From IMG/VR virus record IMGVR_UViG_3300028591_000073, positions 1-64,000 of that record: a DNA stretch of 64,000 nucleotides. One strand, given 5' to 3'. Shown here piece by piece: positions 18,884-27,891 of this stretch. The notes under the pieces are model-generated. The model saw only the letters and a list, made by a program, of their open reading frames with translations, was not told where the DNA came from and ran no database searches. Within the stretch, counting starts at the first letter, position 1, and each line of letters starts with the position of its first letter. A program made the translations under genes and the position numbers. This stretch comes from a virus (Duplodnaviria > Caudoviricetes).

Positions 18884-20020
18884 ATGACGGAAGAAATCTT
18901 AACAACACTTGAAGACCTTGGTGATATCCAGTTGGAATCTGAATTGATGACACTGGATAAGCTGGGTATTCAATTAGTAAAAGAATATTATATGGAAGAA
19001 GCAGATATCTTCCAAGAAGGCGGTAGTAGTAAGAACAACCGTCGTCATGAAACAGTACAAGATGACGGACATGTCCCAACCATCAATCGTATCATTGATT
19101 GGTTTGCCCGTATCATTAACAGAATCCGTTCCCATTTTCTCAGTGCACATGCAGACAAACTTGCCAGACGTATTCGCAATCTGGATAATTATAAAAAGAA
19201 CGATGTATTCGAAGGAATCATGGTCGATTACAAATGGTACAAAGAAAATGTATCAGATGTGATTGGATTAAATGATATCGGAAAACATCATACAAATGGC
19301 AGTGGAATTAATTTTGGACAACCTCGTCTGTCTGCTGGCGGTAACGTGCATACCTCTCACATGGGTGGTCCAGCAACTGGCACATTGCTGTTTTATATGA
19401 TACTATTTGTTCCGAACAACGCTGTTGCACGCGCAAACGGAGTTGATGCAAATGTAATGGTTTTTGATCAGCGTTCTGATTTCGTAAAAATTGCAAGAAA
19501 TATCGGAAAGCTTCGTGAGAAGTTGCAAGATTCTTATGATGAAATTCGTCATCTAAGTAGCATTAATAGCCATGGTCCATTGAAACATCGTCATGATATT
19601 GGCAAGGACAGTGATGTGGATGTCGAACTTGCAAAAATCAGAGGCGACAATGGAAACTATGTAGATCATAATAACAAAGGTGAAATTCTTAAAATAAAAG
19701 AAGAACATGCAAAACGTGGTGATGCACGTAACGTGGATGTCTTCCTGGATTCTATTATCGTAACAAATAACGTGATTAAAGAGTCATTAGATTTGATTCG
19801 TAAAGGCATTCCGGAAATGAGACAGCAAGCGCATAATTTAGCGAGCCAGAATCTAAATCGTTCACAAGATATCCAGCGTCGTCAAGAAGCGTATGTGCAT
19901 GCTATGACAGATCTTGGTCGTGCATTCATGTATGTAACGCAAATTCAAGTAATCATTTTACAGTGGATGAGATGGACACTTGGTCCTGACCATAATCCGG
20001 CTTCATTAAAGGAGGTGTGA
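18884..20020 (+). CDS. Putative internal head (cargo) protein
   Basis: Cargo motif, IFQE|GG site, amphipathic helix TINRIIDWFARIINRIRSHF. Confidence 0.65.
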   Translation: MTEEILTTLEDLGDIQLESELMTLDKLGIQLVKEYYMEEADIFQEGGSSKNNRRHETVQDDGHVPTINRIIDWFARIINRIRSHFLSAHADKLARRIRNLDNYKKNDVFEGIMVDYKWYKENVSDVIGLNDIGKHHTNGSGINFGQPRLSAGGNVHTSHMGGPATGTLLFYMILFVPNNAVARANGVDANVMVFDQRSDFVKIARNIGKLREKLQDSYDEIRHLSSINSHGPLKHRHDIGKDSDVDVELAKIRGDNGNYVDHNNKGEILKIKEEHAKRGDARNVDVFLDSIIVTNNVIKESLDLIRKGIPEMRQQAHNLASQNLNRSQDIQRRQEAYVHAMTDLGRAFMYVTQIQVIILQWMRWTLGPDHNPASLKEV

Positions 20021-20023
20021 TAA

Positions 20024-21094
20024 ATGGTAAATATTGAGACAATGGAAGAATATTATGCAACGAATGTTCTTTTGGAAATGGGAAATAACTTGATTAAAGA
20101 AATGGCATTGGCTGAATATACCATGGAAGCTGCACAGCCTGTCAATATTATTCGTCGAGCTGCTGATTTCTTTTCCAGAGTCATCACGAGATTTATTGGA
20201 TGGATTCGTAAAGGACAATTGACTCGTGCAAAGAAACGCTTGGAAAAGATGAAGAAAGATTCTCGATATACAAATACACATACACCGGCTGGAGACGAGC
20301 ACATGAGTACCATCTTTTGGGACATGACATGGTTGAATAAAAATGTACTCAATGTGCTTTACGATTTCAACAGCAGCCAGCTTGTTAAGATGATCACAGA
20401 TGGTCATGTAAAAACATCATATGATCGAAATGTAGCAGGTCATGTGACAGCGGCAAATCAGTATATGGATCGATTACATCGTGCATATCAGAGAATGACA
20501 GCAAACAATGTTCGGATGATACCAGTTGCACAAAATCTCAAAATTCTTGATCAAATCATTGATAATATCATTGATTATGCCATCAATGATGTGTATGATA
20601 ATTTGGTAAAGTCAAGAGAAGCCATCCGTGTCATTCGTGATACGGAATTGGATGAGAAACAACTCCAAGATTCTCGAAATATGGCACAACAATATGCACA
20701 CGTTATGACAATTCTTGGAAATTGTTTTGTGGAAGAAATGAGAATTATACAAACAATTGCGAATGTGTTGATCGGTGGTGCACGTCAACAAGCATCACCA
20801 CTTTTCAGTCGTAATGATCAACGTCGTCCGATTATTGAGAATTTGACATTAAATCGGTTTTTCGAAGAGCTGGATAATGTGTTCACACAGAAACCTGCAT
20901 CAAGAAATGGTATTGATGCAATCATCAGAGACGAAGATAAGGACGACAATTCAAAATGCCGTATTGAATTATATTGGAATGATAATAATAGAATCGTGCG
21001 CTGGTATATTAGCTGTAATAAGATTCAAAGTGCAGTTAAAACATTTATTAACCAACATGCACAATCTGGAATTAAACCAAATGACATTCGTTGA
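20024..21094 (+). CDS. Putative internal head (cargo) protein
   Basis: Cargo motif, YTME|AA site, amphipathic helix IIRRAADFFSRVITRFIGWIRK. Confidence 0.65.
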   Translation: MVNIETMEEYYATNVLLEMGNNLIKEMALAEYTMEAAQPVNIIRRAADFFSRVITRFIGWIRKGQLTRAKKRLEKMKKDSRYTNTHTPAGDEHMSTIFWDMTWLNKNVLNVLYDFNSSQLVKMITDGHVKTSYDRNVAGHVTAANQYMDRLHRAYQRMTANNVRMIPVAQNLKILDQIIDNIIDYAINDVYDNLVKSREAIRVIRDTELDEKQLQDSRNMAQQYAHVMTILGNCFVEEMRIIQTIANVLIGGARQQASPLFSRNDQRRPIIENLTLNRFFEELDNVFTQKPASRNGIDAIIRDEDKDDNSKCRIELYWNDNNRIVRWYISCNKIQSAVKTFINQHAQSGIKPNDIR

Positions 21095-21116
21095 TCACGA
21101 AAGAAAGTGATACTGT

Positions 21117-21854
21117 ATGACAGACAAACGTAAAAAGATACAAGATCTTATTATCAAAACCATGCAGCTATTAGATCCCACTAATATTAACGCAAAGAAA
21201 TATGCAGATATGTTCAATGGTATGTCAGACCCACAATTCAACAAATGGATTACGGATTTCTTGAAAGATGAGAAGTCTAATTTCCGGTTGGATATTGAAG
21301 AATTTGGTGATGGTTCTCGAATTTTAAAATTCGAGAACGTTACCAAAGCTGCAGAGTTTTTGAAAGTACCCATATTTGAATATATCTACTTACCACATGT
21401 ATCTGGAGATCCCAATAGACCATATCGTTCCAAGCAACCTGTATTGGTTGGATATCTGAATATCAAACGTGTACAGCAAATGGTTACTAAGAAAACTGGT
21501 TTGACATATGATGATAAAGATCGTGATGAATCCACAGGTCGTTTGAAAGGTGACTCCAAGGGTGGTGTGATGACACCAATTGAAAATGAAGTTCTTGCGG
21601 GAATGGGTGCGGATGTTGTCATGTCCGAATTCTTGGGTGCTCGTGCGGATAATGTGGAAGAATACGATAACATGTTACAACAAATTGCCGAAACGGGTAA
21701 TTGCAAATTGGAAGATTGTAAGACAGGTGTTTATGATAAACCATCCATTCTAAAAGCGGATGTGTATTTCATGTGCATGGGTATTAAAACAGACCTTGTA
21801 TCAGAAGCATATTATTCAATTGATAAGGTGCGTTCCATCATGGGACGTGATTAA
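21117..21854 (+). CDS. Phage multisubunit RNA polymerase, beta-subunit C-terminal fragment (probably virion RNAP)
   Basis: PVLVGYLNIKRVQQMVTKK...TGRLKGDSKGG...ENEVLAGMGADVVMSEFLGARADN parallels the RpoB C-terminus (VGYMYMLKLxHxVxDK...TQQPLGGKAQFGGQR...[24 protein letters not shown]). Confidence 0.75.
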   Translation: MTDKRKKIQDLIIKTMQLLDPTNINAKKYADMFNGMSDPQFNKWITDFLKDEKSNFRLDIEEFGDGSRILKFENVTKAAEFLKVPIFEYIYLPHVSGDPNRPYRSKQPVLVGYLNIKRVQQMVTKKTGLTYDDKDRDESTGRLKGDSKGGVMTPIENEVLAGMGADVVMSEFLGARADNVEEYDNMLQQIAETGNCKLEDCKTGVYDKPSILKADVYFMCMGIKTDLVSEAYYSIDKVRSIMGRD

Positions 21855-21871
21855 CAGAAGGAGGTAATCTC

Positions 21872-22360
21872 ATGAAAGTAAATATCTTAGGCAAAGGTGT
21901 CATTCCTGGAATTGGCACACTTGCACCAAAATATGATGTGGAACTTTCTGAAACAGAAATCAGAAGACTCGTGAATTTTGAAAGACTCAGAATTGGTGAT
22001 ACTGTCACCGGTTTATTGATTACAAAGAAAAACGTGAACGATTTCTTCAAGAAACCGGAAGAAGTGACCAAATTGACAACTCCGATTGAGGTTCCCAAAA
22101 AGGTGGAACCCAAGAAAGTGGTGAAAGTACCAGAACCGGTCATTGAAAAAACAGTTCCTGAAGTAATGGTTGAAACATTGCCAGATTTGGAAATCGAAAC
22201 ACCAGATGTCGTTGTTGAAGTCACATCTACATCTGAGAAAATTGGTAATGTGATAGAAGTGGAACAGGAGCCGTATGAAACTCCAGAAATCACAATTGAA
22301 GAAACTACCGAAGCAGAACCTCAGACATACTATAAGAAGAAAAAGAAAAGAAATAGATAA
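21872..22360 (+). CDS. Hypothetical protein with E/K/P/V-rich tail
   Basis: AAGGAGGT SD; small folded N-terminus, low-complexity acidic C-terminus ending KKKKKRNR. Confidence 0.65.
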   Translation: MKVNILGKGVIPGIGTLAPKYDVELSETEIRRLVNFERLRIGDTVTGLLITKKNVNDFFKKPEEVTKLTTPIEVPKKVEPKKVVKVPEPVIEKTVPEVMVETLPDLEIETPDVVVEVTSTSEKIGNVIEVEQEPYETPEITIEETTEAEPQTYYKKKKKRNR

Positions 22361-22372
22361 GGTGGGATTCTC

Positions 22373-23566
22373 ATGTATTTCATGGAACAAGAATACACCG
22401 AACATGAAATGGCAATATGGTTACAAGAAACGGCAGACACATCGTCTGCCTTCTGTACCGAAATTATGAATCCAATTGTGAAAGTGTTAGAAACCCCGAA
22501 AGGTAGAAAAGAATATATTGCATTGGGTACGGAATTCTTGGATGCAAATGCAAATATGTTAGCGAAAGAATTCCCAACAAAGCGAGTTTCTTATCCAAGA
22601 TTATATGTTGATAGATGTGTGTCGTTATTTGGATTCACCAATGCTTCTTTGAAAGAAACATTTAAAGATGTATTGAAAGAAGTCTCGGATAAGACAGACT
22701 TCAAAACATTAACAGCAACTCCAACAAATATCATTCATGCCGTCGCATTAGTATATGCAGACCAAGTATTGCATCGTGAATTGCGTGATTCCGCAAAACA
22801 ACAATTGGGTTTGACAACATATGGTTTGGTATTCAACCATTCTTTCCCAGACTCGGAACCATCGATTCCGGTTATGACATATACGTATATGCATTTGGAT
22901 AACTCATGGGGATTGGTGAAGAGTGAGAATATTATGAACTGGATTGGTACGACAACCGAAACATGTTTTGCATATTGGAGATCCAAGATGACATTGGAGA
23001 TGAGTATCAATATCATGGTTGGATTCTTAAACCGTGTACGAACCTCATTTCAACAAAATATGAGAACCTTGGCAAATCGATATTATAAAGATATTGAAGA
23101 CCCAGATCATCAGATTGGTGATGATTTAAAAGGTGACGAAGATTATGTAACCACTTCCAATACTACAACACTCCGAAACAATTTGGTTCGTTTGATTACA
23201 ACGAATGACCGAGATTATCGGACAAAGAGCAAATTGTATAAAGCCACCGCAGAACAAAAGAATGTTCGTGCGGATGAATTATACGAATTGGCACAACGTG
23301 TAGAAACCAAAGACATCGCCAATATCATTGATTTGATTTTTTATGTATTTATCGTCAAAGAACACCATTCCATTGATGATATCAATTCAACAGCATACAT
23401 CTCTCGTATCACGAAAATGCCAACGGCAATTGATCGTGCCATTCCTGGTAAACCGGTAATCGATCCATTCTGTAAGAAATATAAATGTTCTGATTTATTG
23501 GCGAAGGCTTATATTTGTTTACTAGCAACATTTATCATTCTAAAAATTAATCAAGTTAGAAATTAA
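22373..23566 (+). CDS. Hypothetical, probable virion/head-module protein
   Basis: N-terminal YFME|Q and WLQE|T protease-type sites; lies immediately before the prohead protease. Confidence 0.55.
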   Translation: MYFMEQEYTEHEMAIWLQETADTSSAFCTEIMNPIVKVLETPKGRKEYIALGTEFLDANANMLAKEFPTKRVSYPRLYVDRCVSLFGFTNASLKETFKDVLKEVSDKTDFKTLTATPTNIIHAVALVYADQVLHRELRDSAKQQLGLTTYGLVFNHSFPDSEPSIPVMTYTYMHLDNSWGLVKSENIMNWIGTTTETCFAYWRSKMTLEMSINIMVGFLNRVRTSFQQNMRTLANRYYKDIEDPDHQIGDDLKGDEDYVTTSNTTTLRNNLVRLITTNDRDYRTKSKLYKATAEQKNVRADELYELAQRVETKDIANIIDLIFYVFIVKEHHSIDDINSTAYISRITKMPTAIDRAIPGKPVIDPFCKKYKCSDLLAKAYICLLATFIILKINQVRN

Positions 23567-23585
23567 AGAAAGGAGAGAACCCATT

Positions 23586-24428
23586 ATGAGAAAATCTACA
23601 CAAAGTGCTTCTTCTAAATATAATACAGCATGCTTTATTCAAGAATCACCACAATCTTCTGAAATGAAGAAGGATGGTTATATCGTAAAGAAAGCAACAA
23701 CTGGACAGCCTTTCTGTATCTTTGAAGCAACACTACAAACATTTGATTGCTATAATCGAATGGGTAGAAGATATGATGCACACAATGTTTGTTCTGTCAT
23801 TGATAATGATGAAAGAATCCAAACATTGTTGAAGCAGAATAAATGGAGAGGTGAACTCAATCACCCCAATCCAGATATCAAAGGACAACAATATTCGGAT
23901 ATTCGTATGACGATTCCTGAACCATTGAATTCCTCACACTTTATTTCACATCCCCGTTTGGAAGGTTCCAAGTACAAAGGAAGAATTACAACACATCCCG
24001 GCACAAAGGCCGGAATCTGTGCATCTTCTGAAGTCATTGATTTGGGAATCGTACCTTCCTTCTCCGTACGTTTGTTGGGAAATATGATTCCAAATGCACC
24101 ACGTAATCAGCCGAACATGAGAGTCACAAAGGTCATCACATGGGATATGGTTGACTTCCCATCTCATGTGGGTGCGGATGCGGATATTGAAGCAAAGTAT
24201 ATGGAAGCCGCAACAGAAACACTATTCCTCAAAGATCTTGCGGATTATTGTCATGACCAATCTGAAACACTGAAGGTTGTTTGTGAATCATTCCAAATTT
24301 CCAATGATGAAATCATGGGAATTAAAGACGGTAACATTGTTGTGGAACAACATGACATGACAAAAATGTGGATTCCATTACCAACGGATATTCGTCGTGA
24401 AGCATTATCTATTTTAAGGGGAGTGTAA
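23586..24428 (+). CDS. Prohead core protease, T4 gp21-like
   Basis: NRMGRRY, GELNHP (His), PSFSVRLLG (Ser), ITWDMVDFPSH (Asp). Self-cleavage-type sites FIQE|S and YME|A. Confidence 0.9.
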   Translation: MRKSTQSASSKYNTACFIQESPQSSEMKKDGYIVKKATTGQPFCIFEATLQTFDCYNRMGRRYDAHNVCSVIDNDERIQTLLKQNKWRGELNHPNPDIKGQQYSDIRMTIPEPLNSSHFISHPRLEGSKYKGRITTHPGTKAGICASSEVIDLGIVPSFSVRLLGNMIPNAPRNQPNMRVTKVITWDMVDFPSHVGADADIEAKYMEAATETLFLKDLADYCHDQSETLKVVCESFQISNDEIMGIKDGNIVVEQHDMTKMWIPLPTDIRREALSILRGV

Positions 24429-24431
24429 TGA

Positions 24432-27227
24432 ATGGCAGCAATAACTGAAAACACATTGGAAATGCATGTTGACTCGGATTATATGGAAGAAATGAAAGAT
24501 GCAGCAGATGCCATTCGTAAATTTGTACAATCTGGATTTAAGACAAAAGATTTCCCCGATCTAGATGAAGATAATGATGAAGAGTTGGAGCCATCTCTGT
24601 TTAATATGATAAAATGGTTTAATCGCATTGATCCATCGTGGTTTCACGATGGATCTCGTATTGAAGAAGCATTGGATGAAATTCGAGATATCCCACAAAA
24701 GCTTGGTAACTACGAAGATGTGATGGATACCTTGTCTGATGAGAATGATGATACGGATATGGGAAAGATTCATTCATATATCGCATATCAAATGACACAA
24801 ACCATTGATTCTCACAAAACGGAATTCAATCAATTGTTAGATGGCATATGTGATATGACATTATTCACAACACCATCGCATTATCAAAGACCATTATCGA
24901 TATTTGATTCTGAATTGTCATTGAGTGATATTCGTGATATTATTGGTGATAGAAATATATTTCGTATTTTTGATGGAGAAACATATGTCAAGGGAATCTT
25001 CCGTACGGATCAGATTCAATTGCCGAAAACAATGAAATTGGAATCTGAACTAAAACGTTTTAAAGAACGTCGGGATATCTCTGTTGAGATTACAAAAGAA
25101 GAATCCTTTAACGAACAAGCAGAAATCAATTTCTTTTCCATGATTAATCCCAATCATATTCGTTATCATCAGAATCGTTTTCAACCATCCCAACAGTTTG
25201 TTTCTGTGATTAAGAAACTGATTGCAGGATTACGTGAATGCAATACACCAGAGGATGTAAAGAATTGGTTGAATGATCGTAAGAATCATGTAAATCCGGA
25301 TGATTATACATCCATGGTATTACCATCGATTCTTGCACGTGTGTTTATGGATCCCACATTATTCAGAGATCGTTTATTCAATGAAAAGAATCTGAAGAAA
25401 TATACGGATTCTTACGATTCCATCATTGATCAAGATAAGAATGTAAAGCGGTTTAAGGATTATGATTTATTTACCACATTCAAAGCAGATAAAGAAGGAA
25501 CCATTAAATTCTTGGAAGACTTCTTATCACTGAGACTGGTATCTGATCCACAAGCATATATCTCCAATCACACATTGCTTGTCCTGTTCAATATCTTTGA
25601 TTCTCGCATCTATTTGGATATCCTATATAATGTATTGCCCCAATCTGAGAAGAAAGATGAGTTTGAAACCGAAGATGGATTTGTGAAATCTGTCCGTGCT
25701 CGTATCAATGATAATTCCAATAAAGCAACACCTTATGCGAAAGCAAAGGATGATGACAAAATGAAACCGGTGAAACTCACATCATCTAAAGTATCAGAAC
25801 AAGCACTTACCATGATTGAATCACTTGGGGATTTTGATATGGGTGATTATCCATATATTGGTAAAGTCATCAGAGAAGCTTGTCACATGGATATCTCCAC
25901 ATTACCAGATAAAGCATACAATGCTGGATTGTGTGAAAATGATTTATTGGAATTCATTGGTGAATCACTTGGATATGAGATTGATGGTAAAGTACCAGCG
26001 TACATGCAAGACCGTATTAAAAATACAGAGAAACCAGATATCGATGTAGAAGAAGCACCTCTTCCAGAAGGTGTTCCCACAAATGACATTAACACATTAA
26101 TCAATTCTATTGAAGATCGTGTGGACGAAGTACAACCTGACGAGAATGGTGACATGAATCTGGAAGATGGATTTGGTGCAACTGCCGAAGTCACACCAAA
26201 AGACCAAAACTCACATATCGTGTATAACATCACATACAACTACAACAACTCCAACAATACTACCAACACAACGGATTCTCACAACATCACAACCGATCGT
26301 TCTCAAAATAAAACAACGGGTGGTACATCCACCAATACAGTTGATCGATCCATTAATAAGACGACAGGTGGAACTTCAAACAGTCGTTATCGACGTGGAT
26401 CTGACCCCCACCAAAACAGGGGATCAAACAATTATAATAATGACACATCTTCCTCTAATCTTATGGATACAAGTGATCAGAACCAAATGAATGATGCCAC
26501 ATTTTCCACCGGCAAAAGCATTCAAGAAGTATTTGATATGTTAAATTCCAAAGAGCCCCTATTAGTTGAAGAAGGTGCCTCCAAAGTCGCCGGTTCTCTT
26601 GTCGGTGGATTTGGTGCTGATATGGGATTAATTCCCGATTATAATCCAAAACCTCATCAAAGTCTTATGGTAAAAGCACAAGATTTCGATCGTAAGTTAC
26701 TGGATAAACAAGAAAAAGCCAAGAAAGGATTTATCCAAGCTCAGAATACTGCGAAAGCAATTGGTCAACCCTTTGAACGAACACGTGATTGGGTCACCAA
26801 ACAAGTTGACACAATTCTGGCTCGGGATGAAAACGAACAGAAAGCACGAATGGTGGAAGATAAAAATTATCGAACACTCGTTCGTAAAGTTTTCCGTATT
26901 GCAACGGATCTTGGTATGTACACTGTTGCATTTGCACTTGGTCCATTGATTGGATGTCTTGCACTTGGTCGGGGAGCAATTCAATTTGCAAACCGTGATC
27001 GTATGAAGAAAGAAGTACAAAAGGATTTTGTAACAGAATTGGAGATTATCGATGACAAGATTCGTCGAGCCAATGAACAAGGCGAGCATGAGAAAAAATA
27101 CCAACTCATGAGAATCCGTCGTAAGATGGTAGAAAAAGCAACAAATGTGACAACGAATTCGTTGCAAAAAGCCGCACCATTACATCCCATGAATCGTCAT
27201 GGATATGATTATGGTGGATGGATTTAA
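24432..27227 (+). CDS. Large head/ejection protein with C-terminal hydrophobic segment
   Basis: Between protease and capsid genes. LVEE|G site precedes a C-terminal domain with hydrophobic LGMYTVAFALGPLIGCLALG and helical ELEIIDDKIRRA...KYQLMR; internal 15-aa duplication (DRSxNKTTGGTS). Confidence 0.55.
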   Translation: MAAITENTLEMHVDSDYMEEMKDAADAIRKFVQSGFKTKDFPDLDEDNDEELEPSLFNMIKWFNRIDPSWFHDGSRIEEALDEIRDIPQKLGNYEDVMDTLSDENDDTDMGKIHSYIAYQMTQTIDSHKTEFNQLLDGICDMTLFTTPSHYQRPLSIFDSELSLSDIRDIIGDRNIFRIFDGETYVKGIFRTDQIQLPKTMKLESELKRFKERRDISVEITKEESFNEQAEINFFSMINPNHIRYHQNRFQPSQQFVSVIKKLIAGLRECNTPEDVKNWLNDRKNHVNPDDYTSMVLPSILARVFMDPTLFRDRLFNEKNLKKYTDSYDSIIDQDKNVKRFKDYDLFTTFKADKEGTIKFLEDFLSLRLVSDPQAYISNHTLLVLFNIFDSRIYLDILYNVLPQSEKKDEFETEDGFVKSVRARINDNSNKATPYAKAKDDDKMKPVKLTSSKVSEQALTMIESLGDFDMGDYPYIGKVIREACHMDISTLPDKAYNAGLCENDLLEFIGESLGYEIDGKVPAYMQDRIKNTEKPDIDVEEAPLPEGVPTNDINTLINSIEDRVDEVQPDENGDMNLEDGFGATAEVTPKDQNSHIVYNITYNYNNSNNTTNTTDSHNITTDRSQNKTTGGTSTNTVDRSINKTTGGTSNSRYRRGSDPHQNRGSNNYNNDTSSSNLMDTSDQNQMNDATFSTGKSIQEVFDMLNSKEPLLVEEGASKVAGSLVGGFGADMGLIPDYNPKPHQSLMVKAQDFDRKLLDKQEKAKKGFIQAQNTAKAIGQPFERTRDWVTKQVDTILARDENEQKARMVEDKNYRTLVRKVFRIATDLGMYTVAFALGPLIGCLALGRGAIQFANRDRMKKEVQKDFVTELEIIDDKIRRANEQGEHEKKYQLMRIRRKMVEKATNVTTNSLQKAAPLHPMNRHGYDYGGWI

Positions 27228-27257
27228 TTATGAAATGTACGGAGGTGACGCAATCAA

Positions 27258-27866
27258 ATGGAAGAAGACAATTTTTTTGTCATGGTGATGGAAGCCGGTG
27301 GCAGTATTGCAGAACCATTTGATGCTGGTGGAGCAGACATGGGCATGGATGCTTCAGCAGGTGCTCCGCCCGATGCCTCTATGGGTGATCCGCCCGCATT
27401 ACCAGATGGCGGTGGAATGGACATGGGTGACATGGCATTCGACGCAGGTGATGGAATGGATATGGGTGGAGACCCAGCCGCTGGAGAAGATGGACAACAA
27501 GAAGAAGGTACCCAGAATCCCGGTGCTAAGTTATCTGATAAAGCAAATTCAATTTTGAATCAGAGATTGTACACACAGATGATGGATCGTAACCAAGAAA
27601 TTGAAGATACAATTGAAAGTATCAACCGATTAATTCCATTACTTCCATATGAAGCAATTAGAGAAAACGATGATAATATGACTCGATTAAAAGCTGCACT
27701 TGATAAAGGGAAATCCTACTTGATCGGAAACTTTGTTGGTGCAAAATATGGTGAGAATTTAATATTCTTTCAAAAACTCGATGCTTTATATACAATGCTA
27801 ATCCAGCAATTAAATGACAACTTGAAAAAGCTAAAAGATTCAAACGAGAATAATCAATTGAATTAA
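27258..27866 (+). CDS. Head protein preceding the capsid gene (scaffold/core-like)
   Basis: MVME|AG site, G/M/D-rich disordered N-half, helical C-half. Confidence 0.55.
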   Translation: MEEDNFFVMVMEAGGSIAEPFDAGGADMGMDASAGAPPDASMGDPPALPDGGGMDMGDMAFDAGDGMDMGGDPAAGEDGQQEEGTQNPGAKLSDKANSILNQRLYTQMMDRNQEIEDTIESINRLIPLLPYEAIRENDDNMTRLKAALDKGKSYLIGNFVGAKYGENLIFFQKLDALYTMLIQQLNDNLKKLKDSNENNQLN

Positions 27867-27891
27867 TATGATACCAAAGGAGATGTTTTCT

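Noticed and set aside
22373-23566. Portal protein, suggested by T4-like gene order
   Set aside because: It is short for a jumbo-phage portal and I recognised no portal motifs.
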